Under the pieces are notes generated by a model that saw nothing but the letters and a program-made list of their open reading frames with translations, was not told the origin of the DNA and made no database searches. Below are positions 10,524-19,645 of a stretch of 64,000 nucleotides of DNA, in pieces. Position 1 is the stretch's first letter; each line of letters begins with the position of its first letter. This DNA comes from Trueperaceae bacterium (GTDB lineage Bacteria; Deinococcota; Deinococci; Deinococcales; Trueperaceae), in contig OZ243956.1 of assembly GCA_965214405.1 (NCBI GenBank), forward strand, positions 4,160,001-4,224,000. The letters run 5' to 3'. Made by a program: the position numbers and the translations under genes.

Positions 10524-10791
10524 AGCGTGTGAACATTTTGAGAACCTGAGCCCTATCACACCGAGTGGGACGGGCTGCAAGGAATGCCTGGAGATGGGCG
10601 ACACCTGGGTCCATTTGCGTGAGTGCCTGGTGTGTGGTCACGTGGGCTGCTGCGACTCGTCCAAAAACAAGCACGCGACGAAGCACTTTCACGCCACAGA
10701 ACACCCGGTCGTCAGATCTTTTGAGCCGGGGGAAAACTGGGGCTGGTGCTACGTGGACGAGCTTTTGGTGCCTTCTTTAGACCCACAGTAG
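10510..10791 (+). CDS. UBP-type zinc finger protein
   Basis: CEH...GCKECL...WVHLRECLVCGHVGCCDSS.NKHATKHF...HPV; GGAGG RBS before ATG 10510. Confidence 0.88.
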   Translation: MATDKACEHFENLSPITPSGTGCKECLEMGDTWVHLRECLVCGHVGCCDSSKNKHATKHFHATEHPVVRSFEPGENWGWCYVDELLVPSLDPQ

Positions 10792-10852
10792 GGTGAAGCG
10801 CGGGGCTCGAGGCTCAAATAAAGGAGAGAAAGGCGCCAAGGCTGAAGCGTTC

Positions 10853-11173
10853 CTAACGCTGCTTCTTGACCCACGCCAAAAACTTTTCTATCTCCGGCGC
10901 GGCTAAAATAGCCTCGAGGGTGTTGTAGTGCCGCCCCAGCTCTTTTTCGGTAAAGGTCGCGTGCAGCTTTTTGTGGCACGCCCGGCAGAGCCACAGCCCG
11001 CGGTGGGTCATGTCGCTCATGCTGAAGCGCTTTTTGAACCATTTGTTCGTGTGGTTGCGCCGGGGGATGAGGTGGTGAAAAGAGAGCGGCTGCTCGCGCC
11101 CGCACAGTTCGCAGTGGTCGGCTTGGTCGCGTTTTTTGGGTGTGTGAGGCGCATTATAAACTGCGTTTTGCAT
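10853..11173 (-). CDS. Small HNH endonuclease-family protein
   Basis: CELCGR...FHHLIPR...LCRACHKKLH. Confidence 0.75.
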   Translation of the reverse strand: MQNAVYNAPHTPKKRDQADHCELCGREQPLSFHHLIPRRNHTNKWFKKRFSMSDMTHRGLWLCRACHKKLHATFTEKELGRHYNTLEAILAAPEIEKFLAWVKKQR

Positions 11174-11245
11174 CTCCCAAGATTATCAAACCCGCTTTTT
11201 AGCCTCCGTACCCGACCTTACGGCCTGAACCCGGTAGAGTGAGGT

Positions 11246-11770
11246 GTGGATAAACCGGAACGCTTGGCGCGCAAGACGCTTTACGAAAGCCCCTGGGTCA
11301 CCCTTCACCTGGACCGCGTGCGCTTGCCCAGCGGCACCGTTATCGACGCGCACCATGTGGTCGAGATGCGAACCGCCGTGGCGGCGGTCGTGTGCAACGC
11401 GCAGGGCGACGTGCTCATGGTCAAGCCCATACGTTACGTGACGGGCGGTGACGGCTGGGAAGTGCCGTCGGGCGGTGTGGAGACGGGGGAGACCCCTTTA
11501 GAAGCGGCTTCTAGGGAAGTGCTCGAGGAAACAGGCTACACCACCCTCGAACACGAAGCTCTAGCGCACTACCATCCCTGCAACGGCATCTCCACTCAGG
11601 TCTTTCACGTCGTGCGCTGCCGCGCGGGCACCCTCCAAGGTTCGCCCGACCCCGACGAGGTTGGAGAGGTGCGCTGGGTGAGCGAGGCGGAGGTAAGGGG
11701 GATGATCGGGCGGCTCGAGCTGGGGGACGGTTTCACCCTCACGGCGCTCCTGCTGCACTTTTGGGGGTAA
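11246..11770 (+). CDS. NUDIX hydrolase (ADP-ribose pyrophosphatase-like)
   Basis: Nudix box GGVETGETPLEAASREVLEETG. Confidence 0.9.
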   Translation: MDKPERLARKTLYESPWVTLHLDRVRLPSGTVIDAHHVVEMRTAVAAVVCNAQGDVLMVKPIRYVTGGDGWEVPSGGVETGETPLEAASREVLEETGYTTLEHEALAHYHPCNGISTQVFHVVRCRAGTLQGSPDPDEVGEVRWVSEAEVRGMIGRLELGDGFTLTALLLHFWG

Positions 11771-11779
11771 GATAAGCGC

Positions 11780-11968
11780 GTGACGACCTTTACCGTGGGC
11801 GAAGAAGTGCTTTATGACGATGAGCGGTTCGTGATTGCCGGGATTTCCGACGCGCGCCCCTACCAGTACCGCCTGCTCGCAACGACGAAACGGGGCACCA
11901 AGTTTGTGTGGGCCAACGAAAAAGATTTGGAAAAAATACGCGCCTATACCGAGTCGCGGCCTGATTAA
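11780..11968 (+). CDS. Small hypothetical protein (SH3-like pattern)
   Basis: 62-aa ORF directly after the NUDIX gene with protein-like composition. Confidence 0.55.
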   Translation: MTTFTVGEEVLYDDERFVIAGISDARPYQYRLLATTKRGTKFVWANEKDLEKIRAYTESRPD

Positions 11969-12033
11969 TCTCACGCAACGAAAGTTTAGGGTAGACATAC
12001 CCTACGAGCACGCGTACCCACGGGCATCAATCA

Positions 12034-12150
12034 TTTGGCTTGAGCGCCGATGTTGTGGTGACGGGTGATAAAGCTGACGGGCTTGCGCTCGGCAAGGTGG
12101 TGGGTATTCCTATCATGAACGCAAGGGACTTTCTGGCGCAGCTCCGCTGA
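12034..12150 (+). pseudogene. C-terminal remnant of a PIN-family (VapC-like) toxin
   Basis: Manual translation ADVVVTGDKADGLALGKVVGIPIMNARDFLAQLR* matches the PIN C-terminal pattern ADxxVTGDKD...IPI...FL. No start or N-terminus is present. Confidence 0.6.
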
Positions 12151-12379
12151 ATGCGCTTTTGCGTTTCTGTCAGGGCGGGACAAGTTAAACCCCCAAGATC
12201 CAATACTTTCTCTTTCACAATCTGATAAACTTATCTCACCGGGGGTGCAGCGGGGTGACGAACTTGTGCGTTCCTTTTAGACGTCGTGTGAGAGGATGAT
12301 GACGCGTGAGCCACACCGCCAACAGACGTTCAGGTAAAACTGTAGACGAAGCCAAAAGTGTGAAGACGACGAAACTCTC

Positions 12380-13354
12380 GTGACGCGCGCTCGAGCCTTG
12401 CCCGAGTTACCCTTTGAAGCGTGGCAAGACACCTGCGAAACGCTTCATATGTGGACGCAAATCGTCGGCAAAATTCGCCTCGCCCAATCCCCCTGGATCA
12501 ACCATTCCTGGCACGCGCCGCTTTATGTGAGCGCTCGAGGGCTCACCACCTCACTCATTCCCTACCCTGTCTCTCATAGTGTCTCTCACGGCGTTTCTCA
12601 TAGCGACCGCGCGTTTGAGATCGTCTTCGATTTTGTGGCGCACCGGCTCCTCGTCAACGTAAGCGACGGAGGGACGGGAGGTTTTAGCTTAGCGCCCATG
12701 TCGGTTGCCGCGTTCTACAAAAAACTTCTTGCAGAACTCGACTCACTCGGGGTGTCCGTACGCATCCACGCGAAACCCAACGAAGTGGCGACCGCGACGC
12801 CCTTTGAAAAGAACACGGCGCACGCGGCTTATGACGAGGCGTACGTTCACCGTTACTGGCAGCTCCTCGTGTGGGCGGAGAGGGTGTTTAACGCGTTTCG
12901 CGCGCGCTACCTAGGCAAGTGCAGCCCGGTGCATCTCTTTTGGGGCGGCTTTGACCTGGCGGTCACGCGCTTTTCGGGCCGGGCCGCGCCGCCTCACCCC
13001 GGCGGTGTGCCCAACCTGCCGCTCTGGGTCACGCGCGAGGCCTACTCGCACGAGGTGAGTAGCTGCGGCTTTTGGCCCGGCAGCAAGGATTTTCCCGAGC
13101 CTCTTTTTTATTCGTACGCCTACCCCGAACCCCCAGGCTTCGCCGAGGCCAAGGTCTCACCGGACGCCTCCTACAACGCCGACTTGGGTGAGTTTATCCT
13201 GCCCTACAAAACGCTGCGCGAGGCGGAAGAGCCCGAGGCGACGCTTCTGGACTTTTTACAGACCACCTACGAAGCCGCGGCCACCTTAGGCGATTGGGAC
13301 CGGGCGGGGCTCGAGCGCACCCTCGACCCCAAGGCCGTCGCCCACTCCACCTAA
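12380..13354 (+). CDS. DUF5996-family protein
   Basis: TLHMWTQIVGKIRL...NHSWH...SPVHLFWGGFDLAVTRFSGR...EAYSHEVSSCGFWPG. Confidence 0.75.
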   Translation: MTRARALPELPFEAWQDTCETLHMWTQIVGKIRLAQSPWINHSWHAPLYVSARGLTTSLIPYPVSHSVSHGVSHSDRAFEIVFDFVAHRLLVNVSDGGTGGFSLAPMSVAAFYKKLLAELDSLGVSVRIHAKPNEVATATPFEKNTAHAAYDEAYVHRYWQLLVWAERVFNAFRARYLGKCSPVHLFWGGFDLAVTRFSGRAAPPHPGGVPNLPLWVTREAYSHEVSSCGFWPGSKDFPEPLFYSYAYPEPPGFAEAKVSPDASYNADLGEFILPYKTLREAEEPEATLLDFLQTTYEAAATLGDWDRAGLERTLDPKAVAHST

Positions 13355-13472
13355 GGCGAAGAGGGGAGAGCCCTCGACTTTAGCTTTTCACTCACCACTC
13401 ATCACTCACCACTCGGCACTTCCTACCCCACCCCCCGCGCAACACAAGCATCCAAAACCCAGAGGAGAAGCG

Positions 13473-15191
13473 ATGGCCGACTACATCAGTCAACCGTGTA
13501 ACGAAGGGGTCGTTCGCGCGGGCAAGCACGACGGGGCGCACAAGGAAAACGCGCGCACCTGGGTGTTGGCCGCGACGATTTTAGGCACCAGCCTCGCCTC
13601 CATTACGACCTCGGCGGTCAACGTGGCGCTGCCCAACTTGCAGAGCGCCCTGGACACGACGCTCGTCAACGCGCAGTGGGTGGTCAACGCCTACACGCTT
13701 CTTTTGGCCGCGCTCATCTTGCTGGGCGGCTCGCTGGGCGACCGCTACGGGCGCAAACGTATTTATGTGATTGGCACCATCATTTTTGGCGCGGCGTCGG
13801 TGTGGTGCGCTCTGGCGCCCGGCGTGGGAGGGCTTATCGCGGCGCGGGCGGTGCAGGGGATCGGTGCGGCGCTCCTGACGCCGGGCTCGCTCGCCATTAT
13901 CAGCGCGGCCTTTCCCGAGGGCGAGCGGGGCAAGGCCATCGGCCTGTGGTCGGGCTTTACCGCCATCACCACGGCGGCGGGGCCGGTCTTGGGCGGGTTC
14001 GTGACCGACGCGCTCTCGTGGCGCTGGGTCTTCTGGATGGTGGTACCGGTCGCCGTGCTGGTCGTCCTCATCACGCTCTGGCGCGTGCCCGAAAGCCGCG
14101 ACGACGAGGTCACGGGCGGGCTCGACTATTGGGGCGCGCTGTTGGCGACGCTCGGGCTGGCGGGGCTCACCTTTGGGCTCTTGCACTCGTCGAACACGTC
14201 GTGGGTGGACCCGCTGGTGCTGGGCTCGTTGGCGCTGGGAGTCGCGTGTCTGGGCGCGTTCGTGTGGGCCGAAGGGCGCGTGTCGGGGCCGATGATGCCG
14301 CTTAAACTCTTTCGCTCGAGCACCTTCGCGGGCGCAAACCTTCTCACGCTGCTCCTCTACGCCGCGCTGGGCGCGGCGCTCTTTTTTCTGCCCTACCACT
14401 TTCAGCGGGTGCAGGGCTACTCTGCAACGACGACGGGGCTCGCGCTGCTGCCGATGATTGTGCTCATGACCCTCCTCGCCCGCTGGGCGGGGGGGCTCGT
14501 GGACCGGGTGGGCGCGCGCTTGCCGCTGGTGGTGGGGCCGTCCGTCGTGGCGGTCGGCTTCGCGCTGCTCGCGCTGCCCGGCATCAACGCCAACTACTGG
14601 CTCACCTTTTTCCCGGCGCTCCTGACGCTGGGTTTGGGCTTGGCGGTCAGCGTCGCGCCCCTCACCACGACCGTAATGAACGCCGTGCCGACGCACCAGG
14701 CGGGCACCGCCTCGGGCATCAACAACGCGGCGGCGCGGCTCGCCAACCTGCTCGCGGTCGCGGTTTTCGGCGTGGTGATTCTGCTCGTCTTTAACCCGAG
14801 CTTGAGCGGGCGGCTTGAGCCCCTCACCCTCCCCCAAAGCGCAACGGAAACGCTTCTCGCGGAACGCGGCGAACTCGCCAACATGAATATACCCGAGGGC
14901 CTGCCCGAGGAGACGCAAGAAGAGGTCGAGGCGGCCATCCAAGGCGCTTTCGTCCGGGGCTTCCGTTTTGTCACCCTGGCCTGCGCCGGACTCGCGGCGG
15001 CGAGCGCAGGAACCGCGTTTTTTACCATTAAAGACACCCGCAAAAAAGACGAAAGCACGAGTAAAGAAGTTTCTAAAGACGACCGCTCTCAAGGCAAAGC
15101 TAAGGACAAAGCTAAGGACAAGGCTAAGGAAGGCTCCAAAAACAGGGCCACAGGGAAAGGCGCGGGAGGAAAAAAGAAGCCAAAGGCGTGA
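13473..15191 (+). CDS. DHA2-type (14-TMS) MFS efflux transporter with Lys-rich tail
   Basis: VNVALP, QWVVNAYTL, GSLGDRYGRKR, ARAVQGIGAA, GPVLGG...WRWVF. Confidence 0.9.
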   Translation: MADYISQPCNEGVVRAGKHDGAHKENARTWVLAATILGTSLASITTSAVNVALPNLQSALDTTLVNAQWVVNAYTLLLAALILLGGSLGDRYGRKRIYVIGTIIFGAASVWCALAPGVGGLIAARAVQGIGAALLTPGSLAIISAAFPEGERGKAIGLWSGFTAITTAAGPVLGGFVTDALSWRWVFWMVVPVAVLVVLITLWRVPESRDDEVTGGLDYWGALLATLGLAGLTFGLLHSSNTSWVDPLVLGSLALGVACLGAFVWAEGRVSGPMMPLKLFRSSTFAGANLLTLLLYAALGAALFFLPYHFQRVQGYSATTTGLALLPMIVLMTLLARWAGGLVDRVGARLPLVVGPSVVAVGFALLALPGINANYWLTFFPALLTLGLGLAVSVAPLTTTVMNAVPTHQAGTASGINNAAARLANLLAVAVFGVVILLVFNPSLSGRLEPLTLPQSATETLLAERGELANMNIPEGLPEETQEEVEAAIQGAFVRGFRFVTLACAGLAAASAGTAFFTIKDTRKKDESTSKEVSKDDRSQGKAKDKAKDKAKEGSKNRATGKGAGGKKKPKA

Positions 15192-15392
15192 GTTTTACTT
15201 TGTGAATTTCGCTATACGCCCAGGTACAACCGACCGGACTGTATAGACATTGCTCTTGAATGATGACTCAACCTCACGACCTATCACAAAGCCAGCGCCT
15301 TGAACTCTCCTTTCTTCCTACTTCTTGCTTCTCCCGCCCAACCCTCGAGCTCACCCCAAACTCACCTCTAAACCCATTAGGGAGACCAACGC

Positions 15393-16100
15393 GTGACTTT
15401 TTACTCGCCCGACACACAGGTTTTGTTTGACGACCTCTACCTCCTCCCGCAAAAAGGTGCCGTCTCGGGCGGAACCGGACGCCCGCCAAACTCTTACGCG
15501 GTTCTTTTAGACGGCGGCAGCGTGCTTTTCGACGCGCCCTATACCTGGGTCTTACAAGGCGTGCGGGCCTTGGCGGACGCGGGTCATCCGCCCCGTGCGC
15601 TCGTGCTCTCGCACCGCAACGTCGCGGGGCAGGGCGACGCGTTTGCCGAGCTGAGAGACGCCTACGGCCTCACCGTCTTTCTTCATCCCGACGACGCGGC
15701 GCACCCGGAGGCGCGCCGCGCGGGCGTGCGGTTCGAGAATCCGGTAGGAAGTGAGCTTTTGGAAGCGGCAGGGCTCGAGACCATCCCCTTTCCCGGCCAC
15801 ACCGCGGGCTCCATCATGCTCTACTGGCCCGCGCACGGCGGCGTTTTACTGACGGGCGACAGCGCGGTCGGGCCGGGGCCGCGGCAAAACGCCGAGCCCG
15901 CGCGCTTGGAGCGCCCGCTGGGGCCGACTCGAGCGATGACCGACCTTCTGGCCGAAGCGTGGCGCACCTTTACCCTTACCGGCAAACCCTTACGCGCCGT
16001 TCTCCCGCTGCACGGCGCAGCGTACGTGGACCGCGACGACTTAAGCAGCGTCGTGCGCCCGCTTTACGAGGGCGAGCCGATGAATCCGAGTGGTCGATGA
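15393..16100 (+). CDS. Metallo-beta-lactamase-fold hydrolase
   Basis: LVLSHRN, PGHTAGS, LLTGD, VLPLHG. Confidence 0.8.
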   Translation: MTFYSPDTQVLFDDLYLLPQKGAVSGGTGRPPNSYAVLLDGGSVLFDAPYTWVLQGVRALADAGHPPRALVLSHRNVAGQGDAFAELRDAYGLTVFLHPDDAAHPEARRAGVRFENPVGSELLEAAGLETIPFPGHTAGSIMLYWPAHGGVLLTGDSAVGPGPRQNAEPARLERPLGPTRAMTDLLAEAWRTFTLTGKPLRAVLPLHGAAYVDRDDLSSVVRPLYEGEPMNPSGR

Positions 16101-16383
16101 GCACGTTGCGCCGCCTTATCGACTAGGGCGTTACGTGGGGGATTGGCGCACAATCCTCACCGTCACGCTGCAGCCAGGTGGGGCGCACGCGGCGCTCTAC
16201 AACCGATCGGGTGAGCCTGCTGAAAGAGGCTCTGCGAACCTTTTGTACAGTTCGTAATTGCGTCTTGGCCCCTACCCCCAGACGTGCGTCCGGGTTCAAA
16301 TACACCTGCGGCGCGTCACAGTACGAGAGTAACGTGCCAGTGCGATATAAAGTTTTGGAACATCCTGTTTAGGAGGGAGACGT

Positions 16384-16569
16384 ATGGGACCTATTCTCTA
16401 CTCGCTCGGCATCATCTTCATCATTTTAGGCATCGTCGGCGTGGTATGGTTCGGAACCGCCGAACGCAAACGGAGTTATTCAACCTATGGCCGCGCCTCG
16501 ATGTGGCTTTTAGGCGCGGGCGTGCTGCTTCTCATCGTGGGGCTGGTCGTCGCCAGTAACCTCTTCTAA
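16384..16569 (+). CDS. Small two-TM membrane protein
   Basis: AGGAGG RBS; two hydrophobic helices. Confidence 0.65.
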   Translation: MGPILYSLGIIFIILGIVGVVWFGTAERKRSYSTYGRASMWLLGAGVLLLIVGLVVASNLF

Positions 16570-16781
16570 CCAGTATCCCCTGGTTGCCTACGCCTTACTG
16601 GGTACAGCTTGCAGTAGACGGCTTTCTTACACAAGCGGTAGTTGGAGTTGTTGCGAAATTGCTTCTTTTAGGCTCGGGGTCCTAACCCCCGCCTACGCCG
16701 TAGGTGTAGCTTTACTGTGTCACGGATGTTTCATGAGGCCTTGGCAAACGGGGTTAAGCTTGCTATACTCCGAAGTCGTTT

Positions 16782-16857
<76 letters not shown>

Positions 16858-16875
16858 TAGAAAAGCGTCAGAGAC

Positions 16876-16926
16876 AGAATAAATACCTCCTCGATACACT
16901 AAGCTTATCGAGGAGGTATTTATTCT
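16876..16926. terminator. Perfect 21-bp hairpin after the tRNA (element-supplied terminator)
   Basis: AGAATAAATACCTCCTCGATA - 9-nt loop - TATCGAGGAGGTATTTATTCT. Confidence 0.7.
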
Positions 16927-16945
16927 CACTTACCTTCACACTTAC
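16923..16945 (+). repeat. Putative integrase arm-type sites (left), tandem TTC(T/A)CACTTAC
   Basis: Same tandem motif recurs at 54093-54114 inside the other end of the element. Confidence 0.7.
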
Positions 16946-17019
16946 TATACGTGTTAATGTAAACGCGCTTCTTCGTCGTGCTTTCGCCCGCCGCTCTCCG
17001 CGCCATAAAAACTCCCTCG

Positions 17020-17394
17020 TTAAGATTGCCGAATCATGCCGACCAATCCTTGCTCAATCGGTCTATACGCTTCTTCAGTTAGGTTGCCTACGCGCTTAAT
17101 GATGCGCCGCAAGTCAACACCACGCACATGGTCCAAAAGTGCTGTGGATGGCTGAGTTAGACCCCCAGCCCCTACAGGTAAGGTGGGATAAAGCGTAGGG
17201 TTCTCGGTCACCCATGTTCCCTCCGCAGTTGTGAGCGGCACCACCAGCACCATCGGATAACGCGGTACACCTAACCGCGTGGGTAAACCCGCGACGACAG
17301 CGGGCCGCCGCCCTTCCTGCTCGCGGCCTGGGGGTACGTGTTGAGGAAACGAGACAATCAAAATGTCACCCAGTTGCAGAGGTGTTGCCTTCAA
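17020..17394 (-). CDS. mazF: PemK/MazF-family toxin
   Basis: GDILIVSFP...GREQEGRRPAVV...VVPLTT...GL...STALLDHVRGVD..RI. Confidence 0.88.
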   Translation of the reverse strand: MKATPLQLGDILIVSFPQHVPPGREQEGRRPAVVAGLPTRLGVPRYPMVLVVPLTTAEGTWVTENPTLYPTLPVGAGGLTQPSTALLDHVRGVDLRRIIKRVGNLTEEAYRPIEQGLVGMIRQS

Positions 17395-17810
17395 ACCGTT
17401 TCATCCTCGAGCACCAAGAACCCTTCTTCCGGTGAGTAGCGAACAGGTTGCCCCTCCGGTTCGCCAGCCTCGCCCCAGTCATAAGGCGGCAGAGGCTGCG
17501 TCAGTTCGGCTTCGAGCCACACCTGACTTTCAGGGTCGAGCGTGTAGTCCGTCCCGACGTCTGACTGAGGTACCTTAATCTCGAGCAGATCCTCAACCTT
17601 GTAACGTGTACCGGTGATACGCTCTAAGCCCCACAGTACCCAACCCATCACCTCGGGGTCGATCTGCTTCGGTCCTGGCGCACTGCCCCACTTGTAGAGC
17701 GTAGTGCGGCTAACGCGCTTGGCGAGTTCTTGGTCTAAACGGTAGATGCTGACTTGCTCTTGTTGCAAGATAGCTGGCAGTTTCCATCTGATCTGGGGCG
17801 CTGTTTTCAT
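17391..17810 (-). CDS. XRE-like HTH fused to a putative acidic antitoxin domain
   Basis: N-terminal RWKLPAIL...SIYRL...VSRTTLYKW HTH; acidic C-terminus ESQVWLEAEL...PPYDWGEAGEPEGQPVRY; overlaps the mazF start. Confidence 0.65.
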   Translation of the reverse strand: MKTAPQIRWKLPAILQQEQVSIYRLDQELAKRVSRTTLYKWGSAPGPKQIDPEVMGWVLWGLERITGTRYKVEDLLEIKVPQSDVGTDYTLDPESQVWLEAELTQPLPPYDWGEAGEPEGQPVRYSPEEGFLVLEDETV

Positions 17811-17917
17811 AACAGCTTTATAGTACCACAAGGCCTGTACTAATTAGACTTAACATAACAGCCACGCATACATTAAAAACATGCAGGTTTGCTCGAGCTG
17901 GACGGCACTTCGTTTTC

Positions 17918-17991
17918 AAGGAACTGACAGTTCCTAAACCTCTGCAGAAAACTTGATCAACAGAGAAAAAAACCGGAACCGTCAGTTCCTT
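17918..17991. promoter_or_regulatory. Inverted pair of 17-bp quasi-palindromic operators between divergent genes
   Basis: AAGGAACTGACAGTTCC (17918-17934) and GGAACCGTCAGTTCCTT (17975-17991), 1 mismatch. Confidence 0.6.
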
Positions 17992-18108
17992 CTCAAGCTA
18001 TAACCGAGTCGGCTAAAGTCCACGTCAACACGCGCGGGGTTTCGGCTCTATCTCGCCAAAGCCTTGCATTTTGGGTTTTACGTGGACTTTAGGAAAGGAG
18101 ACCTGGTT

Positions 18109-18444
18109 ATGTCCGACAACACGATTGAGCCTATCGTCAAACAGGCAGCGTCCCTTCTGGAACTCGTCTTTGACGAGGCGATGCGCCGCGCCAGCGAACG
18201 GCACGGGCAGCTTGAGGCTCTCACGGCGGGCGAATCTCTTTGGGTGGAGGGAAGTGAGGCTGTGAAGATTATGGGTGCGGGCTACACCCTGTCCCGGCTC
18301 AAACAGCTCGGTCACCAGGGCGTCATCGTCATGGACAGAAAAGACCCAGATAAGCCTAACAGCCCCTACATCTTCTTGCGCTCGTCGCTCCACGACTACT
18401 CGGTAAAACGCGTCTTCGAACTTGACGAGAGACAAGCACGCTGA
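18109..18444 (+). CDS. Excisionase-like winged-HTH protein
   Basis: AAAGGAG RBS; WVEGSEAVKIMG...LKQL...PYIFLRSSL pattern; first gene of the replication operon. Confidence 0.55.
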   Translation: MSDNTIEPIVKQAASLLELVFDEAMRRASERHGQLEALTAGESLWVEGSEAVKIMGAGYTLSRLKQLGHQGVIVMDRKDPDKPNSPYIFLRSSLHDYSVKRVFELDERQAR

Positions 18445-19645
18445 GCGTGCAAACCGAAATGAGAGAGCGAGGTGCAGGGTGACTGATCTACAAGAGACTA
18501 AGGCTCGAGTCGACTTGAGAGCGATAGTTCAAGAAACGCATCTGCTAACGAAGAGTTCTAAGACCCGTTGCCTCTGGCACGATGACACGAACCCATCGCT
18601 TCATATCTATCCCGACGGATTCTACTGTTTTGCCTGTGGTGCATCGGGCGACCACCTGGACTGGTTGACGGCGACTCGAGCCCTATCCTTTCAGGAGGCG
18701 GTTGACACCCTAGCTCATCACGCTGGCACGTTCACTTGCTTTGCACCAGCACAGTTAACGATCCCGGTGACGTCACACGCGCTAGTGAATTCACGTGAGC
18801 CTTTTCTAAAAAAGCCGACTCTCGAGTGGCGCTTACCCTTAAGACAGCATCAACTCGAGACCCACCAGCGCCGGGCAGCTAAGCTGACTGAAGTCCCCGA
18901 AGCTCTAGCAGGCCGAAGTTTCACGCTATCCGACTGTAAACGTTTGAGTTTTGTAGGCGAGAACGGTAACACCATCTTTCCCGTCCTTGGACCCAATGGT
19001 TTAGCCCTCACCCTCAAGTGCCGCTACGCGGTCCCGAACCCGCACCGGTATGAGTATGTCACCCCAGGACGCGGCACCCCCGCCTGGTGCTCACCCGACA
19101 TCCGTCAATCAAAAGTCGTCTTCGTCGTTGAAGGTGAGCTCAACGGCATGATGTGCTGGCTAGCCTTGCGAGGTCAGGATAACCAAATCGGCGTCATGGG
19201 CACCGCGGGTACTAACGGCCTACTTCACCTCGATGTTCTCGAAAACAAAACGGTTGATATCTATGCTGACGGCGATGAAGCAGGTAACGAGGCCCGCCAG
19301 CGTTGGGCGAAGCAGGCGTTAGGTGCGGGGGCAAAAGAGGTGTATGTGCTCGAGCCCTGGCCGGTGGACGCCTGTGACATCGCCGGAGCCTTCGGCAAAG
19401 CAGCCTTGCGAAAACGTCTGACCTGGACCCGGAAACAGCCTTTTATTCCCGCAGAGTCCTTTGGTGCAGTCGGAGCGTCCGGTGCAGGAAGGACTGCACT
19501 AAAACAAATCCCGCTCTTATCGGCAAAACCCGATTTGGTGCAGTGGTGCAGTCATAGTAAGGGCGCGCTGCTTTTGAGCGTCCCGAAGCTCCTCCAGAGT
19601 TCTCCTCCGACCCTCACTCAGGAAAGCCGCCATGATGCCGCTTAG
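18422..19645 (+). CDS. Primase (CHC2 zinc finger + TOPRIM)
   Basis: CLWHDDTNPSL...FYCFACGASGD; VFVVEGELN; IYADGDEAG. Confidence 0.85.
   Translation: MTRDKHAERANRNERARCRVTDLQETKARVDLRAIVQETHLLTKSSKTRCLWHDDTNPSLHIYPDGFYCFACGASGDHLDWLTATRALSFQEAVDTLAHHAGTFTCFAPAQLTIPVTSHALVNSREPFLKKPTLEWRLPLRQHQLETHQRRAAKLTEVPEALAGRSFTLSDCKRLSFVGENGNTIFPVLGPNGLALTLKCRYAVPNPHRYEYVTPGRGTPAWCSPDIRQSKVVFVVEGELNGMMCWLALRGQDNQIGVMGTAGTNGLLHLDVLENKTVDIYADGDEAGNEARQRWAKQALGAGAKEVYVLEPWPVDACDIAGAFGKAALRKRLTWTRKQPFIPAESFGAVGASGAGRTALKQIPLLSAKPDLVQWCSHSKGALLLSVPKLLQSSPPTLTQESRHDAA

Noticed and set aside
13581..15092. 503-aa antisense ORF (likewise 40752-41729, 58612-59331, 60316-60981, 24231-24974)
   Set aside because: Shadow frames of well-supported genes in GC-rich DNA; no motifs.
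15090..15130. Short tandem repeat (AAGCTAAGGACA)
   Set aside because: Encodes the low-complexity KAKD tail of the MFS protein; no spacer structure.
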